From Thermococcus sp. (lineage in GTDB: Archaea; Methanobacteriota_B; Thermococci; Thermococcales; Thermococcaceae): DNA of 64,000 bases. The DNA lies in contig NZ_JAMOQU010000089.1 of the NCBI RefSeq assembly GCF_027063845.1, forward strand, positions 7,604 to 71,603. The letters run 5' to 3'. A program made the position numbers and the translations under genes. Under the pieces are notes generated by a model. It was not told the DNA's origin, made no database searches, and saw only the letters and a list, made by a program, of their open reading frames with translations. The first letter of the stretch is position 1. Every line of letters starts with the position of its first letter. Below, piece after piece: positions 28,876 through 37,844 of this stretch.

Positions 28876-30180
28876 TCATTCTTTCTTTCCAAATATTTCG
28901 TTGCCCAGCGCACCGAATCCAACAAGCACTACTGCGAGCAGGGCACCAATCCAGTTAGCCCCTCCAGCTTTAGCCGTTGTGTAGAGGGAGTAGAGCCCCA
29001 TTGGTATGAGGACTATGAACAGAATGGCCCCAGCTACTTTCTGGATGGTACTTGGCTGAACCCCTGTAATCTCTCCGACCCTCTTGGAAACTACCGGAAT
29101 GTACTCAAAGACCGCCGTGAAGAATATAGTTGTAGAAACCCCGAGCAACATTGCCTGGGCCAGGCTGGGTATTGAATCTGGAATCCCAATTAGTAAAACG
29201 AGCCCCATCAGGTACATGGCTGCCTTGTTCCTTCCGACTCTGGTGTTGAACTCTATTATCTGGAGACCAACCTCGGCTGTTGGCAATATGCTGGTGATTC
29301 CAGCGAAGAATATTGAAACCGCTATCAGTAGCAGAAGACCTTTGTAGTCAGCGAGAATTGTTGGGAGCTGTCCCATGAGGTGAATCGCTCCCTCTTCTCC
29401 ACCGTACACGTACTTCAAGAGCTCCTCCGGGGTAGAGGGCGCTATGGCGTAAACTATCGTAATTGTGGAGAGGATTCCGATAATGGCCTGTATAATAACA
29501 CCCGCCCCAATGATGAGCTTGGCGTTGAAGCGCTCGTTCATGAAACTGCCAAGCATCAGGTAGAAGGCGAATCCAAGGCCGATGCCGTAGATGGCCCTTT
29601 CAATGGCAGCCATCACGAGGTCTACAGTTACCGGATGCCTGCTCATTATCATGTGTTTTGCCATGCCCAGAAACGCCGCGGTCGACGGAATCTTCGACAC
29701 GAATGCCACAGTCGTAACGACGACTGAGATAACGAGTACCATTGAACCCGCTGCCATTATCGTGAACGTCTTCTCCTTGGCCCTCGTCAGGACGATGAAA
29801 ACTATCACCACCATTAGAACCTTGGCTATGAGCCTTCCTACGGTCCCGGTTCCAACAATTGGGGACAGGAGAACGAGCATAGTGTTGGCGGTATAGTATG
29901 AGAGGAACACGACTATCAGCGCCAGCACTGCGAGTATCATGGCTGGTTTTCTTAGAACTTTGTTGTAGAGCTCAACAAAGTAGTAGCCCGATTTTGTGAC
30001 CTTCTCTGCCTCTGTTATAGCAACGTACGTAAACACGGCCAGGAACAGCAGATGCACTACAAGCCCCGTTAGCCCGTATTCCATCCAGAACTGAGGGAAC
30101 AGCCCAATTGTTCCTATGCCCGTTGCAAATCCAGCAACGAGGAACATCAAGTACAGCGTCCACTTCCTTATTTCATCCAT
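28876..30180 (-). CDS. divergent NSS/SNF-like sodium-dependent transporter (tentative)
   Basis: About 11-12 TM. N-terminal GFATGIGTIGLFPQFWMEYG resembles the NSS GxAVGLGNxWRFPY motif. GC content looks lower than the neighbours. Confidence 0.45.
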   Translation of the reverse strand: MDEIRKWTLYLMFLVAGFATGIGTIGLFPQFWMEYGLTGLVVHLLFLAVFTYVAITEAEKVTKSGYYFVELYNKVLRKPAMILAVLALIVVFLSYYTANTMLVLLSPIVGTGTVGRLIAKVLMVVIVFIVLTRAKEKTFTIMAAGSMVLVISVVVTTVAFVSKIPSTAAFLGMAKHMIMSRHPVTVDLVMAAIERAIYGIGLGFAFYLMLGSFMNERFNAKLIIGAGVIIQAIIGILSTITIVYAIAPSTPEELLKYVYGGEEGAIHLMGQLPTILADYKGLLLLIAVSIFFAGITSILPTAEVGLQIIEFNTRVGRNKAAMYLMGLVLLIGIPDSIPSLAQAMLLGVSTTIFFTAVFEYIPVVSKRVGEITGVQPSTIQKVAGAILFIVLIPMGLYSLYTTAKAGGANWIGALLAVVLVGFGALGNEIFGKKE

Positions 30181-30305
30181 CCCAACCACCCCCAAGAGCT
30201 TTCCTTTCGAATGGAATCCTAAAAATTAAAAGCTTTACCGTGCGATTCCCCTTAAAAATTTAGAATTGAAATCTTTATTTGAATTGAAACGTGGCTTTGG
30301 AACAT

Positions 30306-32813
30306 TCAGTCCAGGCCAACCCACTTCACGAGGCCGAGCAGGAACTTGTGGGGAAGCTTCTCGTGGTGCGGGTAAACGCGCAACGCGTAGTGCCAGCAGG
30401 GGTCTCCGAGGTGCCTCAGCGCGCTCCCGCGGTAGGTGTAGAGCCACTTTCCACCTTCGAGCCGCTTCGGATGCCTGAGCTCGACGATGTGCGGCCTCTC
30501 TATGTGATATCCCTCCGCCCTGACTCCATAGTAGAGCTCGACGCGAACATCTTCAGGCTTCAGCCCGTCGAGGTCAACCGTCACCTCGAGGCCGGAGCGG
30601 TCATCGAGGACTTTAACGTCAACGAAGCCTACCTTCGGCCACGACTCGGTTACGCGGTCCTTCCACTCGGCTATCTCCTTGGCTCCACGGTAGCCCTCCT
30701 TCGTGAGCCATATGTGGTTGCTCATAGCCTTTGAGTAAAACTTGTCCATGTACTCCTTGACCATTCTGTGGGTGCTGAAGCGCGGGGCGATGCTCTTTAT
30801 GCTCTCCTTCATCATGTAAATCCACTTCGGCCTGTTGCCGTAGTAGGTAGGGATAATCTCTCTCTCAAGGAGGTCGTAGAGGGCCTGTGCGTCCTTCACA
30901 TCGTCGGCCTCGCTCTCGGGCTCGGTGCTCTCCTCGCCTATGACCCAGCCGTTCTTTCCGTTGTAGCCCTCGACCCACCAGCCGTCGAATATGCTCGCGT
31001 TCAAAACCCCGTTCAATCCAGCTTTCATTCCGCTCGTCCCGCTGGCTTCAAGGGGCCGTCTCGGCGTGTTCAGCCAGACGTCAACGCCCGCCACCATCAG
31101 CCTCGCGCTTCCCATGTCGTAGTTTTCCAGGACGAATATCTTGCCCCTGAACTCGGGCATCTTGCTGACCTCGTAAATCCTCCTCAGGAACTCCTTTCCA
31201 CCCCAGTCGTTGGGGTGGGCCTTTCCACCGAAGACTATGTAAACCGGCCTCGTCGGGTCGTTCAGGAGCTTTCTGAGCCTGTCAAGGTCCGTGAGAAGAA
31301 GAACCGCGCGCTTGTATGTTGCAAAGCGCCTCGCGAAGCCTATTATGAGCGCGTTCTCGTCTATAGCCGGAATCGGGTCGTCGGTTCCGAGGCGTTCGTT
31401 CCGCTCCATCGCCTTCCGCCTGAGGAGCTCAATGAATTGCCTTTTGGCCTCGAGGTGGGCTTCCCAGAGCTCTTCATCGGGAATCCTCTCGACGGCGTAC
31501 CAGATACCCTCAAGGTTCGTGTGCTCGCGCCAGACCTTGCCGATGTAGCGGTCGAAGAGCTTCCTCATCTCGTTGTGGACCCACGTCATTGTGTGAACGC
31601 CATTGGTTATTGGTTCGATGGGTATCTCGTCGAGTGGAACCCCCGGCCAGATGTCCTGCCACATCCTTCTGCTCACTTCTGCGTGCAATTTGCTGACGGC
31701 ATTAACGTAGCTTGACGTCCTAATCGCGAGTAGTGTCATGTTAAACTGTTCTCCCTCCCTGCCGAGTTCGAGGAGCTCTCCCCTATCTTTGAGGAACTTG
31801 GCGAGTCGTTTCCGAACCTCCTCAATCGGAAACCTGTCGTGGCCAGCTGGAACCGGCGTGTGAGTCGTGAAGACCGTCGTCCCCCTAACGACGCTCAGCG
31901 CCTCGGTGAACGTGAGGCCCTCGTCCATGAGCCATGCAATCCTCTGGAGGTTCGCGAAGGCAGGATGCCCCTCGTTCAGGTGGACGATGCCGGGCTCTAT
32001 TCCCAAGGCTTTTAACAGTCTCATTCCACCGATGCCGAGGAGGATTTCCTGCTTTATCCTCTTGTCCATCTCTGCGTTGTAGAGGTAGTCGCATATCTTC
32101 CTGTCGTCTGGGCTGTTCTCGGGGACGTCCGTGTCGAGGAGGTAAATCCTTACTCTGCCAACCTGAACCTCGAAAGCCCTCGCATAGACCGTCCTGTCCT
32201 CAATCGGCACCTCGATTAGGAGCCTCTCCCCGTTCCTGTCGAGGACGGGCTTTATCGGCATTTCCTCGGGTCTGTACTCAGGGAAAACCTCAATCTGGTT
32301 TCCGTTCTCGTCTATCTCCTGACGGAAGTAGCCATGCTTGTAGAGCAGGCCAACGGCTATGAAGGGCAAACCGAGGTCGCTCGCTGTCTTGACGTGGTCG
32401 CCAGCCAAGATACCAAGCCCGCCGGAGTAAATGGGCAGGCTCTTGCTTATACCGTACTCCATGCACAGGTACACAATCGGCTTGTCCCAGTTGGGATAAT
32501 TGGTTGAGAACCAAGTTGAGTCCGGGTTCATGTAGTCCTCGAACTGCTCCATGACGAGCTCGTAGAGGTTCATGAAGTCGTCATCACGAAGGAGCTCGCG
32601 GAACCTGTGGTGGGGTGTGTCAAGGAGTAGCTTCACCGGGTTCTTGTACTCGGCCCAGTGCTCGGGGTCTATCTTTTCCCAGAGCTTCGTAGCTCGCCTG
32701 TTCCAGCTCCACCAGTAGTTGTAAGCTAAATCAGCGAGCCCCCTGAGCGGACTCGGAAGTTTCTCACGGATTGTTTCATAAGTGCACTCGTCAACCCTCG
32801 CCATAGAAACCAC
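30306..32813 (-). CDS. malP: alpha-glucan (maltodextrin/glycogen) phosphorylase, GT35
   Basis: 835 aa. PLP-lysine motif EASGTSGMKAGLNG. YSGGLGILAGDH near the N-terminus. Confidence 0.93.
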   Translation of the reverse strand: MVSMARVDECTYETIREKLPSPLRGLADLAYNYWWSWNRRATKLWEKIDPEHWAEYKNPVKLLLDTPHHRFRELLRDDDFMNLYELVMEQFEDYMNPDSTWFSTNYPNWDKPIVYLCMEYGISKSLPIYSGGLGILAGDHVKTASDLGLPFIAVGLLYKHGYFRQEIDENGNQIEVFPEYRPEEMPIKPVLDRNGERLLIEVPIEDRTVYARAFEVQVGRVRIYLLDTDVPENSPDDRKICDYLYNAEMDKRIKQEILLGIGGMRLLKALGIEPGIVHLNEGHPAFANLQRIAWLMDEGLTFTEALSVVRGTTVFTTHTPVPAGHDRFPIEEVRKRLAKFLKDRGELLELGREGEQFNMTLLAIRTSSYVNAVSKLHAEVSRRMWQDIWPGVPLDEIPIEPITNGVHTMTWVHNEMRKLFDRYIGKVWREHTNLEGIWYAVERIPDEELWEAHLEAKRQFIELLRRKAMERNERLGTDDPIPAIDENALIIGFARRFATYKRAVLLLTDLDRLRKLLNDPTRPVYIVFGGKAHPNDWGGKEFLRRIYEVSKMPEFRGKIFVLENYDMGSARLMVAGVDVWLNTPRRPLEASGTSGMKAGLNGVLNASIFDGWWVEGYNGKNGWVIGEESTEPESEADDVKDAQALYDLLEREIIPTYYGNRPKWIYMMKESIKSIAPRFSTHRMVKEYMDKFYSKAMSNHIWLTKEGYRGAKEIAEWKDRVTESWPKVGFVDVKVLDDRSGLEVTVDLDGLKPEDVRVELYYGVRAEGYHIERPHIVELRHPKRLEGGKWLYTYRGSALRHLGDPCWHYALRVYPHHEKLPHKFLLGLVKWVGLD

Positions 32814-32818
32814 CGCGT

Positions 32819-32835
32819 ATCATCATGGGTGATAC
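32819..32835 (-). promoter_or_regulatory. Thermococcales glycolytic motif (TGM, Tgr/TrmB-like operator) in the malP promoter
   Basis: TATCAT-catgg-GTGATA matches 11/12 of the published TATCAC-N5-GTGATA consensus. It lies between the TATA (minus-strand GTTTTTAAGG, 32851-32860) and ATG 32813. Confidence 0.6.
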
Positions 32836-32898
32836 TAATTTCTCGCGAACCTTAAAAACACTGTCGCTCGGCGTTCGACGAAAGGAGAAAAGAAGAAG

Positions 32899-34776
32899 TC
32901 ATGCCCGCTCCAAAACGAACGGGCTTATATAGTCCCCGTACTCCTCCCTGGCCTCAAGGAGCCTCTTCCTCTCCTCTTCGAGAACCCGGAAGAGCTCCTC
33001 GGGAACTTCTCTGACCTTCTCGCGGTAGATTTTCTCTATGCGCTCAATCTTCGCGAGGAGTTCTGGAACCCTTATTGTGAACTGCTTCTCGTAGTCTTCT
33101 CTGCTGTACTCCTTGTTGAGAACCTCCTTGAAGAGCCTTGCCAAATCCTCGTACTTCGGAATGTACCCTATCGGCGTCTCGATGGCATCAACGTCGCCGT
33201 GAACGCGAAGCTCCATCCACTTGAGCCATACCGCTTTGTCGAGCTTGTGGTTGAGCCACTTGCCGTTCTCGTCGCGGAGGAAGTAGTTAACGGCGAATAT
33301 CTTCGGCGTCTTCCTCAGCTTCTCACCGAACCGCAGGTAGTTCTCGATGTACTCGCCGAGCGGGACGCTCATAAAGTCGAGTATGGCCATTGGGTTGAAG
33401 GCCCTAACGCCTTCCTTTCCGAGGGTCGCCGCCGTCGTCTCGCTCTCAAGCGAGGCGCCCATCGTTATAACACCGTGCTTCCAGTCAAAGGCTTCCCTCA
33501 CCGGGGGCCAGGTGTCCTTATCGCGACCGCCGAAAATCATTCCGCCGACTTCAACACCGCATGGGTTCTCGAGGGCTTCCAAATCCACGTTCGGAAAGTG
33601 CTCAAGCGAAACAGTGAAGCGCGCGTTCTTGTGGCTCGGCGGTATCTCGTTTCCTTCTTTGTCCTTCTTGCCCTTCCACCACTTTCCGCTGTGGTTTTCT
33701 CCTTCGTCAGGAATCTCGATGCCCATCTCGTTCCAGTAGGGCTTTCCGTCCTTGACGAGGACGTTGGAGAAGATTATCTCGACCGGAGAGTGGAGGACCT
33801 TCCATATTATCGGGTCGTCCTCTGGATTAACGCCCTGGATTATGCCAAAAACACCTTTCTCGACGTTGGCACCGCGCGCTACGCCGTTGACCGGAAGGAT
33901 AAACGTGAGGTCGTCTCCGACTATGTTCTCCCAGGGAATCATGGCGGTGGAAGTCTTACCGCACATGCTTGGATATGCACCTGTGAAGTAGGTCTTCCTG
34001 CCGTTCGGGCCGTTAACACGCATTAGGAACATGTGCTCGCTGAGCCAGTCCTCTTTAACTGCCTTCTGGATGGTGAGCCTGAAGGCGAGCTTCTTCAGGC
34101 CGATGGTGTTGCCACCGTACTGGGTGTTGACGGAGTAAACGGTGTCGTCCACAAGGTCAATGTAAATCCTCCTCTTGTCGAGGTTCTTGCTGGTCTTCCT
34201 CTCGTCGAGCTCTCCTGCCGAGTGGATGAAGCGGAAGAACTTCGCGTTCCTTCCGAGGCGTTTGAACTCCTCGTAGCCCTTTCTGTAGAGTATGAACTCA
34301 GAATGGGCTACGTAGGCCGAGTCGGTGAGCTGGACGGCGGGAATCGTGAATATCGAGTTCTTGGGCCCGAGAACGAAGAAGCAGATGAACAGCTCCTTGC
34401 CCTTCATGACACCCCTCATGAGCTCCCTAATCTCCTTCAGGCCCTCTTCACGGTCCTTGGTGTTGAGGAAGGGAATCTCCTTTCCGCCGGGGACGAGGAG
34501 CTTGGTGTTGGCCTTGTCCCTGGCCTGGTCGTAGTAGTTGTCGTAGTGGACGGTGTGGTTCGGCGTTTCGAGCATCTTCTCCTCGCCGTAGTAGAGGGCC
34601 TTCCAGCGGACGTACTGCTCGTCCTCTTCGCTGTCGGTGCAGACGAAAACCTTGCCCGGCTCGAGCCACTCAATCCACTCCGCCAAAAAAGCGTGAAGCT
34701 CGGGGTTGTCGATTGCCTTAACCTTCTCAAACTGTTCCTCCGGGAGGAGTTTCCTAAGCTTTTCAAGGGCGTCCAT
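32899..34776 (-). CDS. pck: phosphoenolpyruvate carboxykinase (GTP)
   Basis: About 625 aa GTP-PEPCK, with the P-loop region YPSMCGKTS. The second ATG (34776) has GGAGGCG 6 nt upstream; 34791 is an alternative start. Confidence 0.93.
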   Translation of the reverse strand: MDALEKLRKLLPEEQFEKVKAIDNPELHAFLAEWIEWLEPGKVFVCTDSEEDEQYVRWKALYYGEEKMLETPNHTVHYDNYYDQARDKANTKLLVPGGKEIPFLNTKDREEGLKEIRELMRGVMKGKELFICFFVLGPKNSIFTIPAVQLTDSAYVAHSEFILYRKGYEEFKRLGRNAKFFRFIHSAGELDERKTSKNLDKRRIYIDLVDDTVYSVNTQYGGNTIGLKKLAFRLTIQKAVKEDWLSEHMFLMRVNGPNGRKTYFTGAYPSMCGKTSTAMIPWENIVGDDLTFILPVNGVARGANVEKGVFGIIQGVNPEDDPIIWKVLHSPVEIIFSNVLVKDGKPYWNEMGIEIPDEGENHSGKWWKGKKDKEGNEIPPSHKNARFTVSLEHFPNVDLEALENPCGVEVGGMIFGGRDKDTWPPVREAFDWKHGVITMGASLESETTAATLGKEGVRAFNPMAILDFMSVPLGEYIENYLRFGEKLRKTPKIFAVNYFLRDENGKWLNHKLDKAVWLKWMELRVHGDVDAIETPIGYIPKYEDLARLFKEVLNKEYSREDYEKQFTIRVPELLAKIERIEKIYREKVREVPEELFRVLEEERKRLLEAREEYGDYISPFVLERA

Positions 34777-35018
34777 TTTTGTCGCCTCCATCGGATGTGT
34801 GCATCTTACCTATTTAAAGTTCCTTCGTCGTTGTGACCATCAACTGGGCGATTAAAGGACCTTTGTCTGATATAACGTCGAATTTTTTGGGCAGAGTTGT
34901 CAACTACTGAACCAAGTAATGGTCATCAATGGGCTCCTGGACGCATCCATGTGAATGAACGATGAAGGGCGCAAAGTATTTTAACTGGGAGTGATACAAT
35001 AAAGCGGTGCGGTGCAAG

Positions 35019-36104
35019 ATGAAGGCAGTGATTTTGGCCGGAGGCAAGGGAACGAGGCTTCTTCCCCTGACCGTGTACAGGCCCAAGCCAATGATACCCT
35101 TCTTCAACAGACCCCTAATGGAGTACACCCTCCTGAGCCTCATTGAGGCCGGTGTTGACGAAGTTTACGTTCTCGTCGGTTACCTTAAAGAGCGCATAAT
35201 CGACTACTTCGGCGACGGGAGTGAGTGGGGGATAGAGATTCACTACTCCAACAAGGAAAACGTGAAGCTCGGAACCGCTGGGGCCACCAAAAAGGTCGTC
35301 AAGCACATGGACGACACCTTTCTGGTCGTTTCAAGCGACGTGCTAACGAACCTCGATTTGAGGGCCCTCTACGAATACCACAAAAAGAAAAAGGCCCTCG
35401 CCACGATAGCGCTTTCCGAGGTTGATGACCCGACACAGTACGGCATAGCGATAATAGACGAGAACGGGAGAATTCAGCAGTTCAAAGAGAAGCCGAGACC
35501 CGAGGAAGTGTTTAGTAACCTCGTCAACGCGGGCATCTACGTCTTCGAGCCCGAAGCGTTCGACCACGTTCCCAAGAACAAGAACTTCGACTTCTCCAAG
35601 GACCTCTTCCCGAGGATGCTCAAAAACGACCTTCCGCTCTACGGGTTCCCCTTCAAGGAGTACTGGAACGACGTTGGAAGGCCGTCGAGCTACCTTCAGG
35701 CGACGGAAGATGTTTTCCTTGGGAGGCTCATCCTGCCGCAGGTGAAGACCGAAAGCCTTAAGGGCAACCTTGAGCACGGGGGAGCGCTCTACACTGGCAG
35801 GCGTTGCGTTCTGCGGAAGCCAGAAATCAGGGGCTTCGCGGTCATTGGTGATGACGTTGAGATAGGCAGAAACGTTAAAATTGAACGCTCGGTAATCTTT
35901 TCAGGCGTGACCATCGAGGACGGTGCCGAAATAAAGGAGGCCATAATAGGAGAAAACGTTCACATAGGCAAGGGCGTTGTCATACAGCCCGGCAGCGTCA
36001 TCGGCGACAACACGCTCATCGAGGACTTCAGCAAGATAGGCTCGAATGTGAAGATTTGGGTCGAGTCAAGGATTGGTCGGGAGAGTATAATACTCCCAGA
36101 TTGA
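35019..36104 (+). CDS. sugar-1-phosphate nucleotidyltransferase with C-terminal left-handed beta-helix
   Basis: MKAVILAGGKGTRLLPLT signature. C-terminal hexapeptide repeats. Confidence 0.85.
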   Translation: MKAVILAGGKGTRLLPLTVYRPKPMIPFFNRPLMEYTLLSLIEAGVDEVYVLVGYLKERIIDYFGDGSEWGIEIHYSNKENVKLGTAGATKKVVKHMDDTFLVVSSDVLTNLDLRALYEYHKKKKALATIALSEVDDPTQYGIAIIDENGRIQQFKEKPRPEEVFSNLVNAGIYVFEPEAFDHVPKNKNFDFSKDLFPRMLKNDLPLYGFPFKEYWNDVGRPSSYLQATEDVFLGRLILPQVKTESLKGNLEHGGALYTGRRCVLRKPEIRGFAVIGDDVEIGRNVKIERSVIFSGVTIEDGAEIKEAIIGENVHIGKGVVIQPGSVIGDNTLIEDFSKIGSNVKIWVESRIGRESIILPD

Positions 36105-36105
36105 G

Positions 36106-36825
36106 GTGGTGGAAGTGGAAGTGTATTATTCGCAGAGGTTTAATCCCGAGGAGCTTGCCCTCCTTGGAAGGGCCATAGGAACGGTCTCCCACGGAACGAT
36201 AATAGTCGGCAGGGATGGAAGGGCCATCTCGCGCTACGGCAAGAGGGCGATGGTGGTTGGCATCGTCAGCACAGGTTCAACGATAATGGACGTCCGCCTG
36301 ATTCCGCTCATAGCGCTCAAGGACTTCGCCCACAAGAAGGGCCTTCCGCTGGCCTACGTCTACTACTACGGGGGCGTCCGCGTTTACGTCAGCGGAATCG
36401 ACGTCGACGAGATAAACGCCATCCTCGAGAGCAGGAGCTTCATCGAGGCCCAGCCCAACGACATCGGTGCGACGGTTTACTACCCCAACGCCCTCGACGA
36501 CTTCATGCACGACCTCTTCAAGCACTACAACTTCAAACTCGGAGGAAAGGCCCTCGTTGATGCAATGAACACCCCTGCGGTGCTCTTCTTCCCCAGGATG
36601 AACGAGCACTTCGGTTTTGAGGTCGAACTCATGAACGACATGATGACAAGCTACCTGCCGCCGAAACCCAAGGAGGTCTTCCTTCACAAGCTGAACAAGG
36701 GGGACTACGACTTTGGAATGCGCTTTAGACCCGATGGCGTCGTGGAGTTTTACCGGGAGGACGAGCAGAAGGAGTTCATGAGCATGTGGTCGCTCTTCGA
36801 CTACCTCAAGAGGCTCTCAGTATGA
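36106..36825 (+). CDS. phosphohexomutase domain-I-like protein (short, 239 aa)
   Basis: The GTIIVGRDGRAISRYGKRAMVVGIVSTGSTIMDVRLIP pattern resembles PGM/PMM domain I. The protein is about half the usual length and I see no TASHN-type active-site loop. GTG start 1 nt after the previous stop. Confidence 0.45.
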   Translation: MVEVEVYYSQRFNPEELALLGRAIGTVSHGTIIVGRDGRAISRYGKRAMVVGIVSTGSTIMDVRLIPLIALKDFAHKKGLPLAYVYYYGGVRVYVSGIDVDEINAILESRSFIEAQPNDIGATVYYPNALDDFMHDLFKHYNFKLGGKALVDAMNTPAVLFFPRMNEHFGFEVELMNDMMTSYLPPKPKEVFLHKLNKGDYDFGMRFRPDGVVEFYREDEQKEFMSMWSLFDYLKRLSV

Positions 36826-36873
36826 CGGCAGTTTTATAAGCCCCCTGCCGAGGGGTTTACACGTTCTTCCATT

Positions 36874-37509
36874 TTGGGGGTGACGGGCTTGGGGATATTC
36901 ATTGTGCTCGAGGGCATAGACGGCGCTGGAAAATCAACTCAGGCAAAGCTACTCAAGCTGTGGCTTGAGGAGAGGGGCTATGAAGTCGTTCTAACAAAGG
37001 AACCCACGGACACACCGTTCGGAAAGCTCATCAGGAAACTGGTCTTGACGGGTGGAAGGGAAGGAATCATTGACGGGGCTAAAATAAGTCACGAGGCGGA
37101 GGCTCTGCTCTTCGCGGCGGACAGGGCCGAACACGTTGACAAGCTTATAAAACCCGCGCTCGAATCGGGAAAGGTTGTGATTTCGGACCGCTACTTTTAC
37201 TCGTCGCTCGCCTATCAGTGGGCGAGGGGACTTGACCTTGAGTGGCTGATAGACCTCAACCGCTTTGCAATAAGGCCCGACCTCGTTCTGCTTCTCGACC
37301 TTCCTGTCAAGGAGAGTATGAAACGCATAAGAACGAGGAGCATAAAGACCGAGTTCGACAAAATAGTGGAGCTCCAGAAAAAGGTTCGCGAAAACTACCT
37401 CAAGCTCGCGGAGCGCTTTCCTGAGATTAAAATCGTCAACGCACTGGAGGACGTTGAAGGGGTTCACAAGCAGATTGTTGCACTCGTTGAGGCCCTGCTC
37501 GAGAAATGA
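36874..37509 (+). CDS. tmk: thymidylate kinase
   Basis: [16 protein letters not shown]-loop and DRY motif (ISDRYFYSS). The exact start codon (TTG/GTG) is uncertain. Confidence 0.9.
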   Translation: MGVTGLGIFIVLEGIDGAGKSTQAKLLKLWLEERGYEVVLTKEPTDTPFGKLIRKLVLTGGREGIIDGAKISHEAEALLFAADRAEHVDKLIKPALESGKVVISDRYFYSSLAYQWARGLDLEWLIDLNRFAIRPDLVLLLDLPVKESMKRIRTRSIKTEFDKIVELQKKVRENYLKLAERFPEIKIVNALEDVEGVHKQIVALVEALLEK

Positions 37510-37510
37510 A

Positions 37511-37587
37511 TGGAGCCCCGGGCGGGATTTGAACCCGCGACCGGCGGATTACAAGTCCGCCGCCCCGCCAGGCTAGGCTACCGGGGC
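37511..37587 (-). tRNA. tRNA-Thr (anticodon UGU), CCA encoded
   Basis: Acceptor GCCCCGG/CCGGGGC, anticodon loop CTTGTAA, T-arm GCGGG-TTCAAAT-CCCGC. Its 3' end lies 2 nt from the tmk stop. Confidence 0.9.
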
Positions 37588-37613
37588 AGGCTCGCTTTAG
37601 GGGACTCCTTTGG

Positions 37614-37625
37614 GAGTTATAAACC
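37614..37625 (-). promoter_or_regulatory. TATA box for tRNA-Thr(UGU)
   Basis: Minus-strand GGTTTATAACTC about 32 nt upstream of the tRNA 5' end. Confidence 0.5.
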
Positions 37626-37644
37626 TTTTCCCCTTTCTAACCGC

Positions 37645-37658
37645 AAAATTTATAAACG
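37645..37658 (+). promoter_or_regulatory. TATA box for the tRNA-Asn/tRNA-Met pair
   Basis: AAAATTTATAAACG about 34 nt upstream of tRNA-Asn. The two tRNAs are 5 nt apart, so they are probably co-transcribed. Confidence 0.5.
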
Positions 37659-37685
37659 TCCCCTGTATCCCCTACATTGGGTCGA

Positions 37686-37761
37686 GCCGCCGTAGCTTAG
37701 TCGGTAGAGCGCCGGACTGTTAATCCGGCGGTCCCCGGTTCGAATCCGGGCGGCGGCGCCA
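37686..37761 (+). tRNA. tRNA-Asn (anticodon GUU), CCA encoded
   Basis: Acceptor GCCGCCG/CGGCGGC, anticodon loop CTGTTAA, T-arm CCCGG-TTCGAAT-CCGGG. Confidence 0.9.
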
Positions 37762-37766
37762 TCAGT

Positions 37767-37844
37767 GGGCCCGTAGCTCAGCCTGGTCAGAGCGCGCGGC
37801 TCATAACCGCGTGGTCGGGGGTTCAAAGCCCCCCGGGCCCACCA
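37767..37844 (+). tRNA. tRNA with CAU anticodon (elongator Met or Ile2), CCA encoded
   Basis: Acceptor GGGCCCG/CGGGCCC, anticodon loop CTCATAA. G1:C72 and the absence of a GGG/CCC anticodon stem argue against an initiator. Met and agmatidine-modified Ile2 cannot be separated by eye. Confidence 0.85.

Noticed and set aside
34980-34996. TGM-like sequence TTTAAC-tggga-GTGATA upstream of the nucleotidyltransferase gene.
   Set aside because: Only one half-site is good. The other half overlaps what looks like the TATA element itself (AAGTATTTTAAC), so it is more simply explained as a promoter plus a chance half-site.
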